This document shows positions 41,343 to 54,803 of a stretch of 60,966 nucleotides of DNA, piece by piece. The position numbers and the translations under genes are program-made. The stretch is from Octopus sinensis (lineage: Eukaryota), in the NCBI RefSeq assembly GCF_006345805.1, contig NW_021832397.1, positions 1 through 60,966 of the forward strand, written 5' to 3'. Every line of letters starts with the position of its first letter. Within the stretch, counting starts at the first letter, position 1. The notes below the pieces were generated by a model. It was given only the letters and a program-made list of their open reading frames with translations. It was not told where the DNA came from and searched no databases.

Positions 41343-43256
41343 GGAATAATATAATAATAATAATAGTAATTGTTTCTCTAATTTAGCCATAAGGCTAACA
41401 AATTTGAGAAGGTGAGATTAGTCGATATCATCGAACCAGCACTGGACGGGTACTTTATTTTGTCGATCCCAGAAGGGTGAAAGTAAAGTTGACCATGGCG
41501 GCGTTTGAACTAAGATAAAAGAAAAAGAAGCTGGAACAAAATACTGCAAGGCATTTTCTCCGAGCTCCGCTGGTTCTGCCAGTCTACTCCCCTTAATAAT
41601 GATGATGATGATGATAGTAAAATAACAGCAATGAGAAGAAGAATAACAATAATTACAACATTAATAATAATAATAATAATAACAATAATAATAATGATTT
41701 CTAATATGGACACAAGACCTTATATTTTATAGGGAGGAGTATAGCTGTCATTTTTTTTGCCCTTGTGTGTGACTGGTATTTATTTTTTCTATCCCGATAG
41801 CCAGTTACTAACATTAGTTATTTTTTATATTTTTTTCATTTTGTGCGGGAGATAACTCCAAACGGGGTTCGAGGTTATTGCGACCTCATCAGGTAGGAAC
41901 TCATCATATAAATGTCTCAACATCTGTATCGTAACATAAAACTGTTTAAAAATACCATTTGCATGAAAACCAATAGTCCATTACGTCATCTCCGAAAAAC
42001 AAACCCTTCCTTGACCGGCTCTATTTGAATTCAGAATGTAAATGTCTGTAAGCGGAAACCAGAAGAGATGCTGACCGCGTTTTACCCAATTGTATCAGTC
42101 CTTTTGTCTTTATTATTGAAAATATCAATTAATTAATAATTAAAACTAATAAGTATAAAGGTCAATCGATGAAGAAAAGGTCAGCCTTAATACTTTGAGG
42201 GATGCTGGTAAGTCTCTTCAGGGTCTGAATTTAATCAGCCTAGGTGAACGTAGCATGTCTCTAATACTTATGAGAAAAAAATAAATGGAAAACAAACATC
42301 GAGAAACAAACGAATATGAAAGTATAACCAGTTGTTAGTAACACGAAATAATATCCAACGTGTTTAGGACAATTGTCGTTATTGTTCTATGGCGTCAGAT
42401 CATCTCTCATTTAGTAGACTTATGACCAATGTTGTTCCAACAAGGAACACTCCCTCTTTTGTGTATCAGAAATCATAATGCTGCCAATTTAATTTAAAAT
42501 GACAGTGTGTGAGGCGTCAAAAATTTACCTGCTATTTCTTGCAAGTTGAGCAGCCATGTAAGAGTTTATTCGTATCATGAATAGTTTGAAGAAAGGCAAA
42601 AGTTGTATTTCTCGTTATTAGTCAAATATATCGTATACCCGGAACCTTCCTTTTTTCTGTAAATAAATACCAGGGTGTTTTGATAGAACAGGAAGTATGC
42701 GTGTGCATGTGCGGGCCTTCTTTTGTGTCTGTGAGTAAAAAATGAGCAAAAGGAAAGAGCTTGATAACTTACCTAAGATAAACGTTGGTATGTAAGAACC
42801 TGAACATCCAATCCCTGTTAGGAATCGCAAAAGATAAAACAAGTAAATGTTATTGACCCATGCGCTCCCTAAAGCAGCTGAACCTTGTAGTAAGATGGAA
42901 TACATCATCACGGTTCTTCTTCCCACGCTAGATTGGTTGCAAAGGAAATATAAGAAGAAAAGAAAAAAAAAGACAAAAAGAAAAATACATCTTTAGTACG
43001 ACATATGTCTATGAATTTGCATGTGATTATTACAGTTGGAGCTGTCGTTTATAACGTTTCAACACCACCGTTACCACCACCACCACCACATCCACCACCA
43101 CCATCACTATCATCGTCGCCGCCGTCGCTGCCGCCTTTACATTTGGTGTCATCATTATGGTCATTGTAGTTCTTATAAGTCATACATACCCTCAAGGCAA
43201 ATAACGCAGCAGTCAGTTTTTCTATGTTACGCTTCTGTCGCGATTAATTATTATTC

Positions 43257-43304
<48 letters not shown>

Positions 43305-43308
43305 GATG

Positions 43309-43370
<62 letters not shown>

Positions 43371-43974
43371 TAATGATGATGATGATGATGAGGATGATGA
43401 TGATGATGATGATGATAAATGCCCTGATGCAGTACCAGGCAGTGGTTCTTATGGCTTCTGATTTTAACTGATTGGAAGTGTTATCATGTACATTGTTTTG
43501 TCTTGGTATAAAAGATGGGCTACAGCAAATATTCTGCTCAGTACCACAGATTTGCTTGTCAGTGGTTTGACCGTAACCAGATGAGCATGCCCCTTAGTGG
43601 CTGACGATATGTGCATCTCTGATCATGAACAGAAGTAGTGGGGGAGCATCATAGCCATGTATTGAGAGGGATTCTTTGGGGTTTGAATAATTCACTTTTG
43701 AAAACATGGGTGTTTTGTTCAACATCCTTAAACGACACTTATTTAGGGACCTATTGATCGGGGTGGGCTACTCAATCCGAAGAAAATTCTAACTGGGCTC
43801 CATCTGCAAAGACATGCGCTGTTTATCTTGATATAAGATCACCATGTCGCGCACATATCGTTGTGATGCATGTGTCTGGTGTACCCTTATAAGACGGGTA
43901 GTTATGATGGGTATATTGGGCTTCGTATATTTTACCCCAGAGTCACTTTGATGGCATGCACTGCTCTCTCACTC

Positions 43975-44024
<50 letters not shown>

Positions 44025-44154
44025 TGATGATGATGATGATAATGATATGATGATGATGATGATGATGATGATGATAATAATGATAATAACAATCGTCTTC
44101 ATTGTCGTCATTATCATTATTACCATCAGTATAAGTATCATTTTTAATGTCGGA

Positions 44155-44186
<32 letters not shown>

Positions 44187-44486
44187 TCGTTTCATCTTGA
44201 TAGGAAAGACACCTTAGATAATGCAGTCCTTGTTACACTATGCCAGGAAGAGCAGAGCTGGAATGTTCAAATCCTAGGTATGCTGTCTTTCGGAGGCTCT
44301 AGGAATACAATTGGATGATGACGATAATGCAAAAGACGATGACAAAAACATCCATCTATGTATGGATATTAATTTATATGCATGTGTGTATGCATGTAAA
44401 TGTGTATGTATGTATGCATGTATTTATGTATGTATATATGTATGCATGCATGCATGTATATATGTATATATGTATGTGCATGTATG

Positions 44487-44568
<82 letters not shown>

Positions 44569-45305
44569 AGAAATATGTTTGTACGTGTGTATTAATACAT
44601 GTGTATTATGTATGCATGTATGTATATTAGTATCTATATGTGCATATATCATATAGATACTTGGGTGAGGTAGTGTTGAATGCATATTAAAAAAGTTGTG
44701 AGTCTACTTACATATCCGATACGTTTCCCAACGTCACTACGCCAATTAGCACTCCGAAGAAGAAAACCACGATACAGTTTGCTGACATGAGACTTCGATC
44801 ACAAACAAGATTCATCTGGTTCAGAAGACAGAGAATATGTGGGTGAGTGGGGTGGATAGAGAGAGAAATAGTGATGCAGATATACACGCTTGGGCTTGAT
44901 ATATAACATATACATCGAGAGGGAGAGAGAGAGAGGCAAACAGACAGACAGACAGATATACAAACCGAAAATATTCAGAAGATGAACACTGGTGTATAAG
45001 CATATAGCTATTTATTAATTTACAGAGAAAATTTACAAGGAGTATAAAAAATACAGAAAAATGAGGGGAGAAGCATGGTAAATCCGACAGCTGTTTCTGG
45101 GGGCTCTGAATTACGTAATAGTTCTAATGTTTATAACTGGAAAATGGAATGTGAAAAAAGTGAAAGATATGCGACCAGTAAAGAATACATATAACTATTA
45201 CCATAAGACCGGTCTCCCTCTTGAGGGTGGAAAGGCTAGCAAGTAGTTGTTTACACACTGGCATGCAGATATATATGTATATATGTATATATGTATATAC
45301 ATACA

Positions 45306-45361
<56 letters not shown>

Positions 45362-45384
45362 CATATATATACATATATATGTAT

Positions 45385-45424
<40 letters not shown>

Positions 45425-45699
45425 ACTTTTATATATATTATTCTATTATTATTTTTATTATTTTTTTATCTTAGACCTGATGAGTAACTATATTTTTAAA
45501 TAGAATTAATTTTAGTTCGATTTAATTTTGAATCGAATTGATTTTATTATTAATATCTATTTGAAAATATAGCCATGAAACGTGTGTAGTCTTTTTACTA
45601 CTATCAATTATTTATTGCACTTTATTGATTTAAAATAAGGTTTTTTTATAGTATATGTTTTCTATATGGTGTGATAGTATTTGATAGTATTTTTTCTCT

Positions 45700-45731
<32 letters not shown>

Positions 45732-46453
45732 CAAAAAGGGTGAAATATAATTAATTTAATAAAATTAATAAATTTCACCTAGTAGTTTTATCGGTATGGA
45801 AAAGACCATATTTGGTAAGGATTATATTAATTATAACAAAGGGTTAATTGCAACAAGTTGCTAAAAACCACATACCGAAAATATTAGAAATGGCAGCCAA
45901 ATAGGTCACCATTTCTCCTACTAGTAAAAAAGTCTCCACAAACAAACAGAATTTGCAACCCGTATATGGTAAAGAGAAAGAAAATAACGAAATCCCAGCC
46001 TATTTGGCTGGGATTTCTTTCTTTTTACTCGTAGGAGAAATTGTGACCTATATATATATATTATATATATATATTATATATATATATATATATACTTTTG
46101 TGTCTGGGGAGAGTCATTCTCTTTTAGTGCCTTATTATTTAACACACTCACCGGTAAAATTTTCACTTGTTTCTTATTTTTATTTTCTAAAATGTTCGTT
46201 GCGTGTTGTAACCTTTTCAATAGTCCTGACTCTGCCCGTTATTTAAATAACGGACAGAGTCAAGACTATTGAAAAAGTTGCAAGACGCAACGAAAATTTT
46301 AGAAAATAAAAATAAGAAACAAGTGGAAATTTTTACCGGTGAGTGTGTTAAATGATAAGGCACTAAAAGAGAATGACTCTCCCCAGACACAACAGAATAT
46401 GCTTCAACACACAAACTCATATAAAGTATCTTGCAAACCAATCCAAAAACGAA

Positions 46454-46516
<63 letters not shown>

Positions 46517-49500
46517 CTAATGGTTTATATATATAATGGTTTATATATATAATGGTTATATATACTAATGTTCAGTTATAATAAGAATTTTACATTAATC
46601 TGAATGGTTACGCCGTACTTTTGTAGAGTACAAATTTATTATTCTTCAAAAAGAGTAGTATATTAACAGTGACTTCGAAATTTTGGCCAGCTATATATAT
46701 ATATATATATATATTAGACAAAATGAGATTACAAAACCAAGGCTGTGAGGAGTTTTCAGGACATTTATAAGGAAAAAGATATACAGTCCGTTATTTACAT
46801 TATTTACATTCGACAGATATTTGTCCTCATCTTGTTTGTTATCAAGTGTAAAATAATGTAAATACTGTACATAATTCCCCATCTCTTAAATATAGAACTG
46901 TATAGATATAGGCTCTCAATGTATAGATTAACACAATGTTAGTAATAGCTTCATGCCTTAGGTCAATGATCTTAGCAGATTTCGAATGAAATTAGAGCAG
47001 TAATCTATTACTGCGGTATTTTTTCTTTGTTAGATTACATGCACTTATTAATGCATTTATAAGTATACGTCAACCGTTTTGTAATTACGCGTAACATTTG
47101 TTAAATTATATAATGACTTTAGAATTTTGATTATTTATTGCTGCTTAGACGTAAAATGGTAGTAATACTAGCGAAGTTTAAAAGCCATGGGAGAGGTTTA
47201 GTTGGTTTTAGTGAGGTATTAAGAATTTCCTTGTTATTGTTGACAATGCTGTCGTAAAAGAAATGAGAGCAAGTTTAAAGGGTTAATTTCGGAGGAATCG
47301 GGAATAATTTACAGAAAATAACTCACATCTTCTATAACTGATGTACTGAAGACGGAATGGTCGTACACCCAAGAATTACACTCGGTCTTCGTGCCATTTT
47401 CACCGAGACTTGCGTTGTATATGTGGCATTTTTCGTAAACGTATTGATCGTCTTTGAACTCATAGGGTATCGTTTGGTTGACTAAAGTATCATGGTAATT
47501 GCCTTGGCTTTTGTACGTATCATTCGGAAGGTTCGGTAAAGCGCACCTATAACAAATTCATTAATATTTCTTTTAAGTGATGTAATGATGGTTGAAAAGA
47601 AAAGAAAGAGGAAATGTAAAAGATAAAAGCAAAATATAAACATAATTAATAATAATAAAGGAAGAATTTTCTCAGTTGGAACGGGATTTCACTGCTTACC
47701 AAAAAAAAAAAAAAACGGTTACAAAATGTCTCAAACAACCATATATTCGATTAGTGTAGGTAGATATATAACACGCCGGACGAAATGCTTAGCGGTATTT
47801 AGTCTGCCGCTACGTTCTAAGTTCAAATTCCGCCGAGGTCGACTTTGCCTTTCTTCCTTTCGTGGTCGATTAAATAAGTACCAGTTACGCACAGGGATCG
47901 ATGTAATCGATTTAATCCCCTCCCACAAGCTGTTCGCGTGGCAAAAATTTGAAATAATTATTTTTAATATTAATCTACACTCCAGACAATTTTTTACTGT
48001 CCAGTGATGAAAACACGGAATTACCCATCGGAGGAATTCACAGATATTAGGTACTGATCGTTGTTAGCCGTCAAATGGAACTTAACTGAGAGCCAATACC
48101 GTATCTGCCCGGATAATATATCCCTCCAAACTCGCTTCTATATATATATATATAATATGCATGTATATGTACGTATATACATATAGACACACCTATATTG
48201 CGCTCATGTTGCGTATACGCAAATTCTCAGATACAAATACATGCACTCGTGTTTGCGTGCGTGTGTGTGTGTGTGTATGTGTGTGTGTGTGTGTGTCTGT
48301 GTGTGTGTGGCGCTACAAGTGGAGAAATAGATCATTGCATTTAAGATTATATGTATACCATATGCCGACCATCAAACTACCGAATGAGCTTAAGATTGAA
48401 GTCCTGTTGTGAATTAGTGAAAAGTCGTTAAAAATAAGTGGTTTGGCTAAGACACAAAACACCATCACAGCATACCTGTAGCAGCGAATATAGTCACGCA
48501 TGGACAAACACCCGGTATAAGAGAAATACCACGAAAATGGTAGTTGAACAACAGTAGGGTGCCAGCAGGGTGGAAGGTGGTGGTAAACGTAAGATTGGTT
48601 GCCGCCCGGAAACATTCATGGGGTGGGTCAAATCTATTGCTGTGTATGTATCTATGGCCTCATTAAGCTACAGATTTTGATAATAGTGGTATATGTATTT
48701 ATGTATGTGTGTGTGTGTGTGTGTGCGTGCGCGCGCGCACATACACACACAGAGGCACACGTTTTCATTCACTCATTCACACATGCGCACACACACATTG
48801 TCAAATAGTGTCCTCCCTGCCCATTCCTTCGTCTTGTTTGCTACAGGTAGGCTGTCATCGTGTCTCGTTACATAACTAACACACTATTTTTACTGCTTTT
48901 TTTTTTACCAATTTGTAACAAACTCTCAAGGTTAATCCATTCGGTGGTTTGATGTTTAGCATATGGAATGCACAACCATATTTTATGTCACGTACAGAGA
49001 AAAAATGTCCCCTCAAAGTTTTTGCTGTGAGTGTGCGCAACAAGTTGTTTCTGTGCAACTTTTTGATTTTCTGTGCAAAGTATGCGTATCAGCACGCCAT
49101 TGATTATCGTTCAAATTCCTTCAATAAAAAATATTCTGTTTAATCTTGAAAGCCTAATGTGCTCACAATTTTTTCCCTTGTGGACAGGCACAATTGGTCA
49201 GCTTAGAGAAAACACTGGTAATGACTCCTCTTGCATTATTGCCAACAACAGGCAGTTTTGCAAGCAAATTCACAAATGCATAGTCCTCTGCCTTTTCTAT
49301 ATTTATTCTCGCTCTATATCGTTTTGTTTTTCAGTCTTTGTCTATTTTTAACCAATATTTCTGTGTGTGTATGTGTGTATGTATATATATATACATATGT
49401 ATATATATTGGGTTGGTGCATAATTATTGCGGCTTTTTTCAACAAATTTTCTTCGACAAAAACAATAACAACATGTAACAAAAACATCTTTAAATGATTA

Positions 49501-50589
49501 TTCCGGAGTATATTCACCATCTACTTAAATTAGTGCTTCCCATTTGCTTGGCAGTCAGACCGTCATTTAATGATGATTTTTGTTAAATATTGTTATTGTT
49601 TTTGTTGAATAAAATTTGTCGAAAAAAGTCGCCATAATTATGCACTAACCCAGTATATATATATTTAATGTTTCAGCTGCAAAGCTGCGGTCATGCTGGA
49701 GCACCACCACTGACTGAGCTACACCATTATTTGGAATCTTCTGTAATATGTGGCATTTAATCAATGAGGGAGTTTGATGCTGCTGCCCTCGTCTGTGTTT
49801 CCTGCCGTGAGGTAGGCTCGTCTGGAACTCGTAACAGGAAGAGATCCAGTTTTGTTTTAAAGACACTTACATCCACACCATGCAGGTCTCTCAAGCATTA
49901 TGGAAGGATATTAATGAGCTGTGGGCCCTTGAAGCCCAAGCTGTTGCAGTATCTGGTCCTATATTTTGTTGCCGATGTTGGGATTTTCGGTACTATACAG
50001 TGGCGCCCTGTTCCGCAGTTTGAATAACTTTCAATGCCAAAGTTTGGTAGAAGACCTTCCAGGATTTTCCTGGTGTATATCACTGCATATCTCTCCCGCC
50101 TTCGTTCCAGGGAGAAGAATTTCAATTCTTTCTGTATTTCCCAGTAGCTGACATGTTGCATCGAGACGATTTTCGTAGCGTAGCTTCGTTGGATTGCTTC
50201 GAGTACCACCGTAGATTTTTTATTGTGTGGTGACCCTATAAATGCATAAGATCCAAGAATCGAGGTGTAGGAGGAAGGTTCACTTCAAGCAATCCGTAGT
50301 AAATATAAAAAACACCTTTCGGGGACAATAGGGGTTTATTGAGACATACATAAATGCTTCATCGTCGTCATCATTTTAAATGCGCGTTTTCCATGTTTGC
50401 TGTGATCGGAGTTTATTGCAGCAGATTTTCTGGGTCGAATACACTTCTTGTCGCCAAATTTCACTTGTTTTCAAGCAAAGTTATATTTCCTCATGGCCAG
50501 ATCTTTTTTTTCCGCAGAATATTGAAAGTTAATGATACTGTTTGTAAGACAGTGGACACTCGCTTATTGCCAGATGTAAAGAAGATGAG

Positions 50590-50620
<31 letters not shown>

Positions 50621-51149
50621 TGCACAAATACACAGAACATAGACACAGTCACAGCCCCATACACCCACTTACACACCACAACACACACACACATACACTC
50701 GCATGCACAAATACACAGAACATAGACACAGACACATCCCTCACACACACATACCCCCCCACACACATGCACAAATATACAGAACATAGACACAGCCACA
50801 CACCCACCCACCCACTCACACACACACAAATCTTCTATGCAAATTTGGTACATTGTCAACAGAGCGGTAGAATATAGGGTGATAAACCTTTTTCTATATT
50901 TAGGCTGAACCACCTGCGGAGACTGAAGATTTTGGACTGAAATCCAGGCAATTCCTACCTAAAATCATGGAACTACAGACATTCAAAAACGACTTGTTGA
51001 ACATTATACCCCGGCTGAAATTCTGTTTGCCCTCAAACTTTTTCCAGTGTAAACTTGGAGCAGAGATCCAAAGACTTAAATTTTCTGATAGAATCCTACG
51101 CTTTCCTGATAGGATTTAAAGTTTGTATAGGGTAAGTATCGATGCATAT

Positions 51150-51214
<65 letters not shown>

Positions 51215-51328
51215 GTATTTCTCTCAATAGTTTTAGAGAAAAAAAGGACACTAGATAATGTAGGCTTGAGAGACTGGAACATAGAAACAGACAGAAATAC
51301 AAAGAGACAGACAGACAGACAGATAGAC

Positions 51329-51403
<75 letters not shown>

Positions 51404-52751
51404 CTGGTAGATAGAAAGGGAGAGAGAAAAAGAGAGGTGGGGAACAGGTGTGCTCGGCCTTGTCTGAGTTTTTAATACTTAAAATAAATACGGTGCCAAG
51501 AATCCATTATATCCGGAGTGAATCGTTTTAAAAAGATGTTAATCTTCAGTTAGCCTAGGTTTGTTGATTCTCTTAAAATCATTGCATGACACTAAGTCAG
51601 AAGATAATTCCTATTAAGCTCCATAGAAATGTACCAAAAAATTTTAACAAACTGGAATTTCATATAAAACTTGTCATATATATTTTTTCTTGGGAAACAA
51701 AACGTGAAGCGAAAAGTAAATATGATTAAATGCTTTACAGTCTCAAGATTAAATCTATGCACGCAGTAGTCCGGGTCGGCTTTGTAAACTGAACTCAGCA
51801 TTTTGAATACGAGGCGTGTGTCTTATGAATGAACCATTGTCGCCTAACGTCTGATTACATCATCATCTGGAGGGGAGGAAATCGACTGCAACGTTTTGGA
51901 TACTCTCTCGGTTGAACTCAAAAGCATTGGTTACCGAAATGATTCTGGAGTTCAACAAGGCTTTTGAATGGAAGAAAAAGTTGAGCCATTATTGCAACAG
52001 TATCATAAGGTGGTGGCCGTGGTGGTGACGGTGACAGGAGTGGTAGGGAGTGATTGTAACATCATTGCAAGATAGTGGCATTGGTGGTGGTGGTGGTGGT
52101 GGTGGTGGTGGTGGTGGTGGTAGTGACAGTGGTGGCCATGGTAGATCAGTCCTCTCCATGCCTTTTCTCAAAAACCATTGGCATTTTTTGTAATCCCAGA
52201 CATGTTCAAACATTCAAAGATCCACGAATGTGGCATCATGTGATAGGCCTTGCAATCATCTATCCAGACCATTGCTAAACTCATCTTCCTTCACTTGCAA
52301 TCTTTTATCCCCAGTTTGTCTATGAGCAGCTGGCCTTTAGTTCCCATGGCCATAGAATACCACGTGGACGTCCGACGAGTAAAATCAGAAGTTCTTTAGC
52401 CTTGGTTGATGGTCTTTCTAGTGATGGTCAGATGTCAGACAAGGTATGGAAGTATGCCCTGGTGCAGCGCATCGCTGTATTTACTATTTGCCTGTTATTC
52501 CCTAAGCCTGATGGGTGATACTTCTCTCTTTTACTCTTTACTCTTTTACTTGATTCAGTCATTTGACTGCGGCCATGCTGGAGCACCGCCTTTAGTCGAG
52601 CAAATCGACCCCAGGACTTATTCTTTGTAAGCCTATTACTTATTCTATCGGTCTATTTTGCCGAACTGCTAAGTTACAGGGACGTAAACACACAGCCATC
52701 AGTTGTCAAGCGATGTTGGGAGGACAAACACAGACACACAAACATATATAC

Positions 52752-52810
<59 letters not shown>

Positions 52811-54750
52811 CGACGGACTTCCTCCAGTTTCCGTCTTCCAAATCCACTCACAAGGCTTTGGTCGGCCCGAGGCTATAGTAGAAGACACTTGCCCAAGGTG
52901 TCACGCAGTGGGACTGAACCCGGAACAATGTGGTTGGTAAGCAAACTATTTACCACACAGCCACTCTTGCACCATTCAGGCTAGAATCCTCCAACACATT
53001 GGTCTATTTGAGTAGTCGCTGTGCAAATTCTACCGCACAAAGACCCTTGACAACTGCTGGTTCGTTTGTCTTCCGCCTTTTTAGAACTAAAATAGTCACT
53101 AAAATATTTCCCTCCCGCAAACATTTTCTCATCTTCAACATGGCGTAAATTTTGAAACCCAGCCAGCAACAAAAATCAGTGAATTAGAAAAGTTTCCCCT
53201 TTAGTGAAAATGATTTACTCCGTGTGGCATTTATCTTCGTGGGTTGTGTGGATGTGGATGTGACAGTAGCCAAGATAGCAGATACCAGCCGAACAGCAGC
53301 AACAACATATCAAATATAAATGCTAACATCACCAATACCACCACTAATACAACAACAACAACAACGACAACAGAAATTAGAGCGAACAAGAAAAAATATT
53401 AACAACAGCAACCGTGAAAATGAAAATAACTAGGCGTAGGAGCGGCTGTGTGGTAAGTAGCTTCCTTACGAACTGCATGGTTCCGGGTTCAGTACCACTG
53501 CGTGGCACCTTGGGCAAGTGTCTTCTAATATAGCCTCGGGCCGACCAAAGCCTTGTGAGTGGATTTATTAGACGGAAACTGAAAGAAGCCCGTCGTATAT
53601 ATGTATGTATATGTATATATGTATATATGTATATATATATGTGTGTCTGTGTTTGTCCCCCCAGCATCGCTTGACAACCGATGCTTGTGTGTTTACGTCC
53701 CCGTAACTTAGCGGTTCGGCAAAAGAGACCGATAGAATAAGTACTAGGCTTACAAAAGAATAAGTCCTGGCGTCGATTTGCTCGACTAAAGGTGGTGCTC
53801 CAGCATGGCCACAGTCAAATGACTGAAACACGTAAAAGAGTAAAAGAGTAACGTTCAAAAGCTATGACTACGAAACCATACCTACCATCATCACCACCAA
53901 CACCAGCACCACCACCACCACCACCACCACAACCACCACCACCACCATAGTAATGGGTATTGACATAACCACAAACGCTAATGTTTTAGACAGTCCCTCT
54001 TCCAAATTTGGCAATACAATGCCCCCTACTCCTAGTAAGTAACTCCTATACCAACCCCTTACCTACGTCCACCCTTTTTGTAACTCGTCTTCCTCTGTTC
54101 TCTCTTTTACTTGAATATTTCTAACTTCTCCTCTCACCTTCTCCACACAATAGCCATTCCTCAAGTGCCCTGCTTGTTATAACCAGAAATGGCTCTGACG
54201 AAAGTAGCATTAATATTCATAGGTCGTTCAATTTGCCTCAATTGTTCAATAGACCAACCGCGTAAACCTATCAGTAACGTACCTATAACGACTACTGGAA
54301 ACAGTTGTAAGCCAAATTGCTCTAATAAACGAAGAATATGCAATGACCATTATTATAAACTTGTCTATTAAATAACAGTCTTTGTAAAAACCAGTTTGTC
54401 TGGAGCCCATCCATGGATTTACAATACAGAATTGTGATAACCATAGCTTTGAACTAAAAGATTATCTGGAGTTCTTCACTTAATCTAAGTAATATTATTA
54501 GCCTGGTGTGCCAAAAGAGAGCTTATGAAGTATTTTGCCCGGATTGATATTCCCTCACTTCTTGACGCCATGATAAATCGTTAGCCACTACTCACATTTT
54601 TTTTCTCTCCTTGTTTTTCTGTGTCCCTTTCTGTAGAATAGCGTAGGCTCGAAACGTAAAATACTTTTTCCATTCCTGAGCATTATACTAATACATCTGT
54701 TAGTTTTGTACACCAGTTGTCTTAGTCTTTTGTTTTTTTTCGTAAACTCT

Positions 54751-54803
<53 letters not shown>

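Noticed and set aside
41855-41897. Minus-strand CTGATGA-GGT...ACC-TCGAAC motif
   Set aside because: GAAA is broken and stem I/III registers are unconvincing; at most a heavily decayed copy.
42185-42226. Minus-strand CTGAAGAG...CTCAAAG motif
   Set aside because: Missing G12 and no stem III.
48313-48615. ORF containing RCYRY and NRT, a candidate SLC22 loop exon
   Set aside because: No conserved loop motifs; the true exon with correct phases is 47327-47546.
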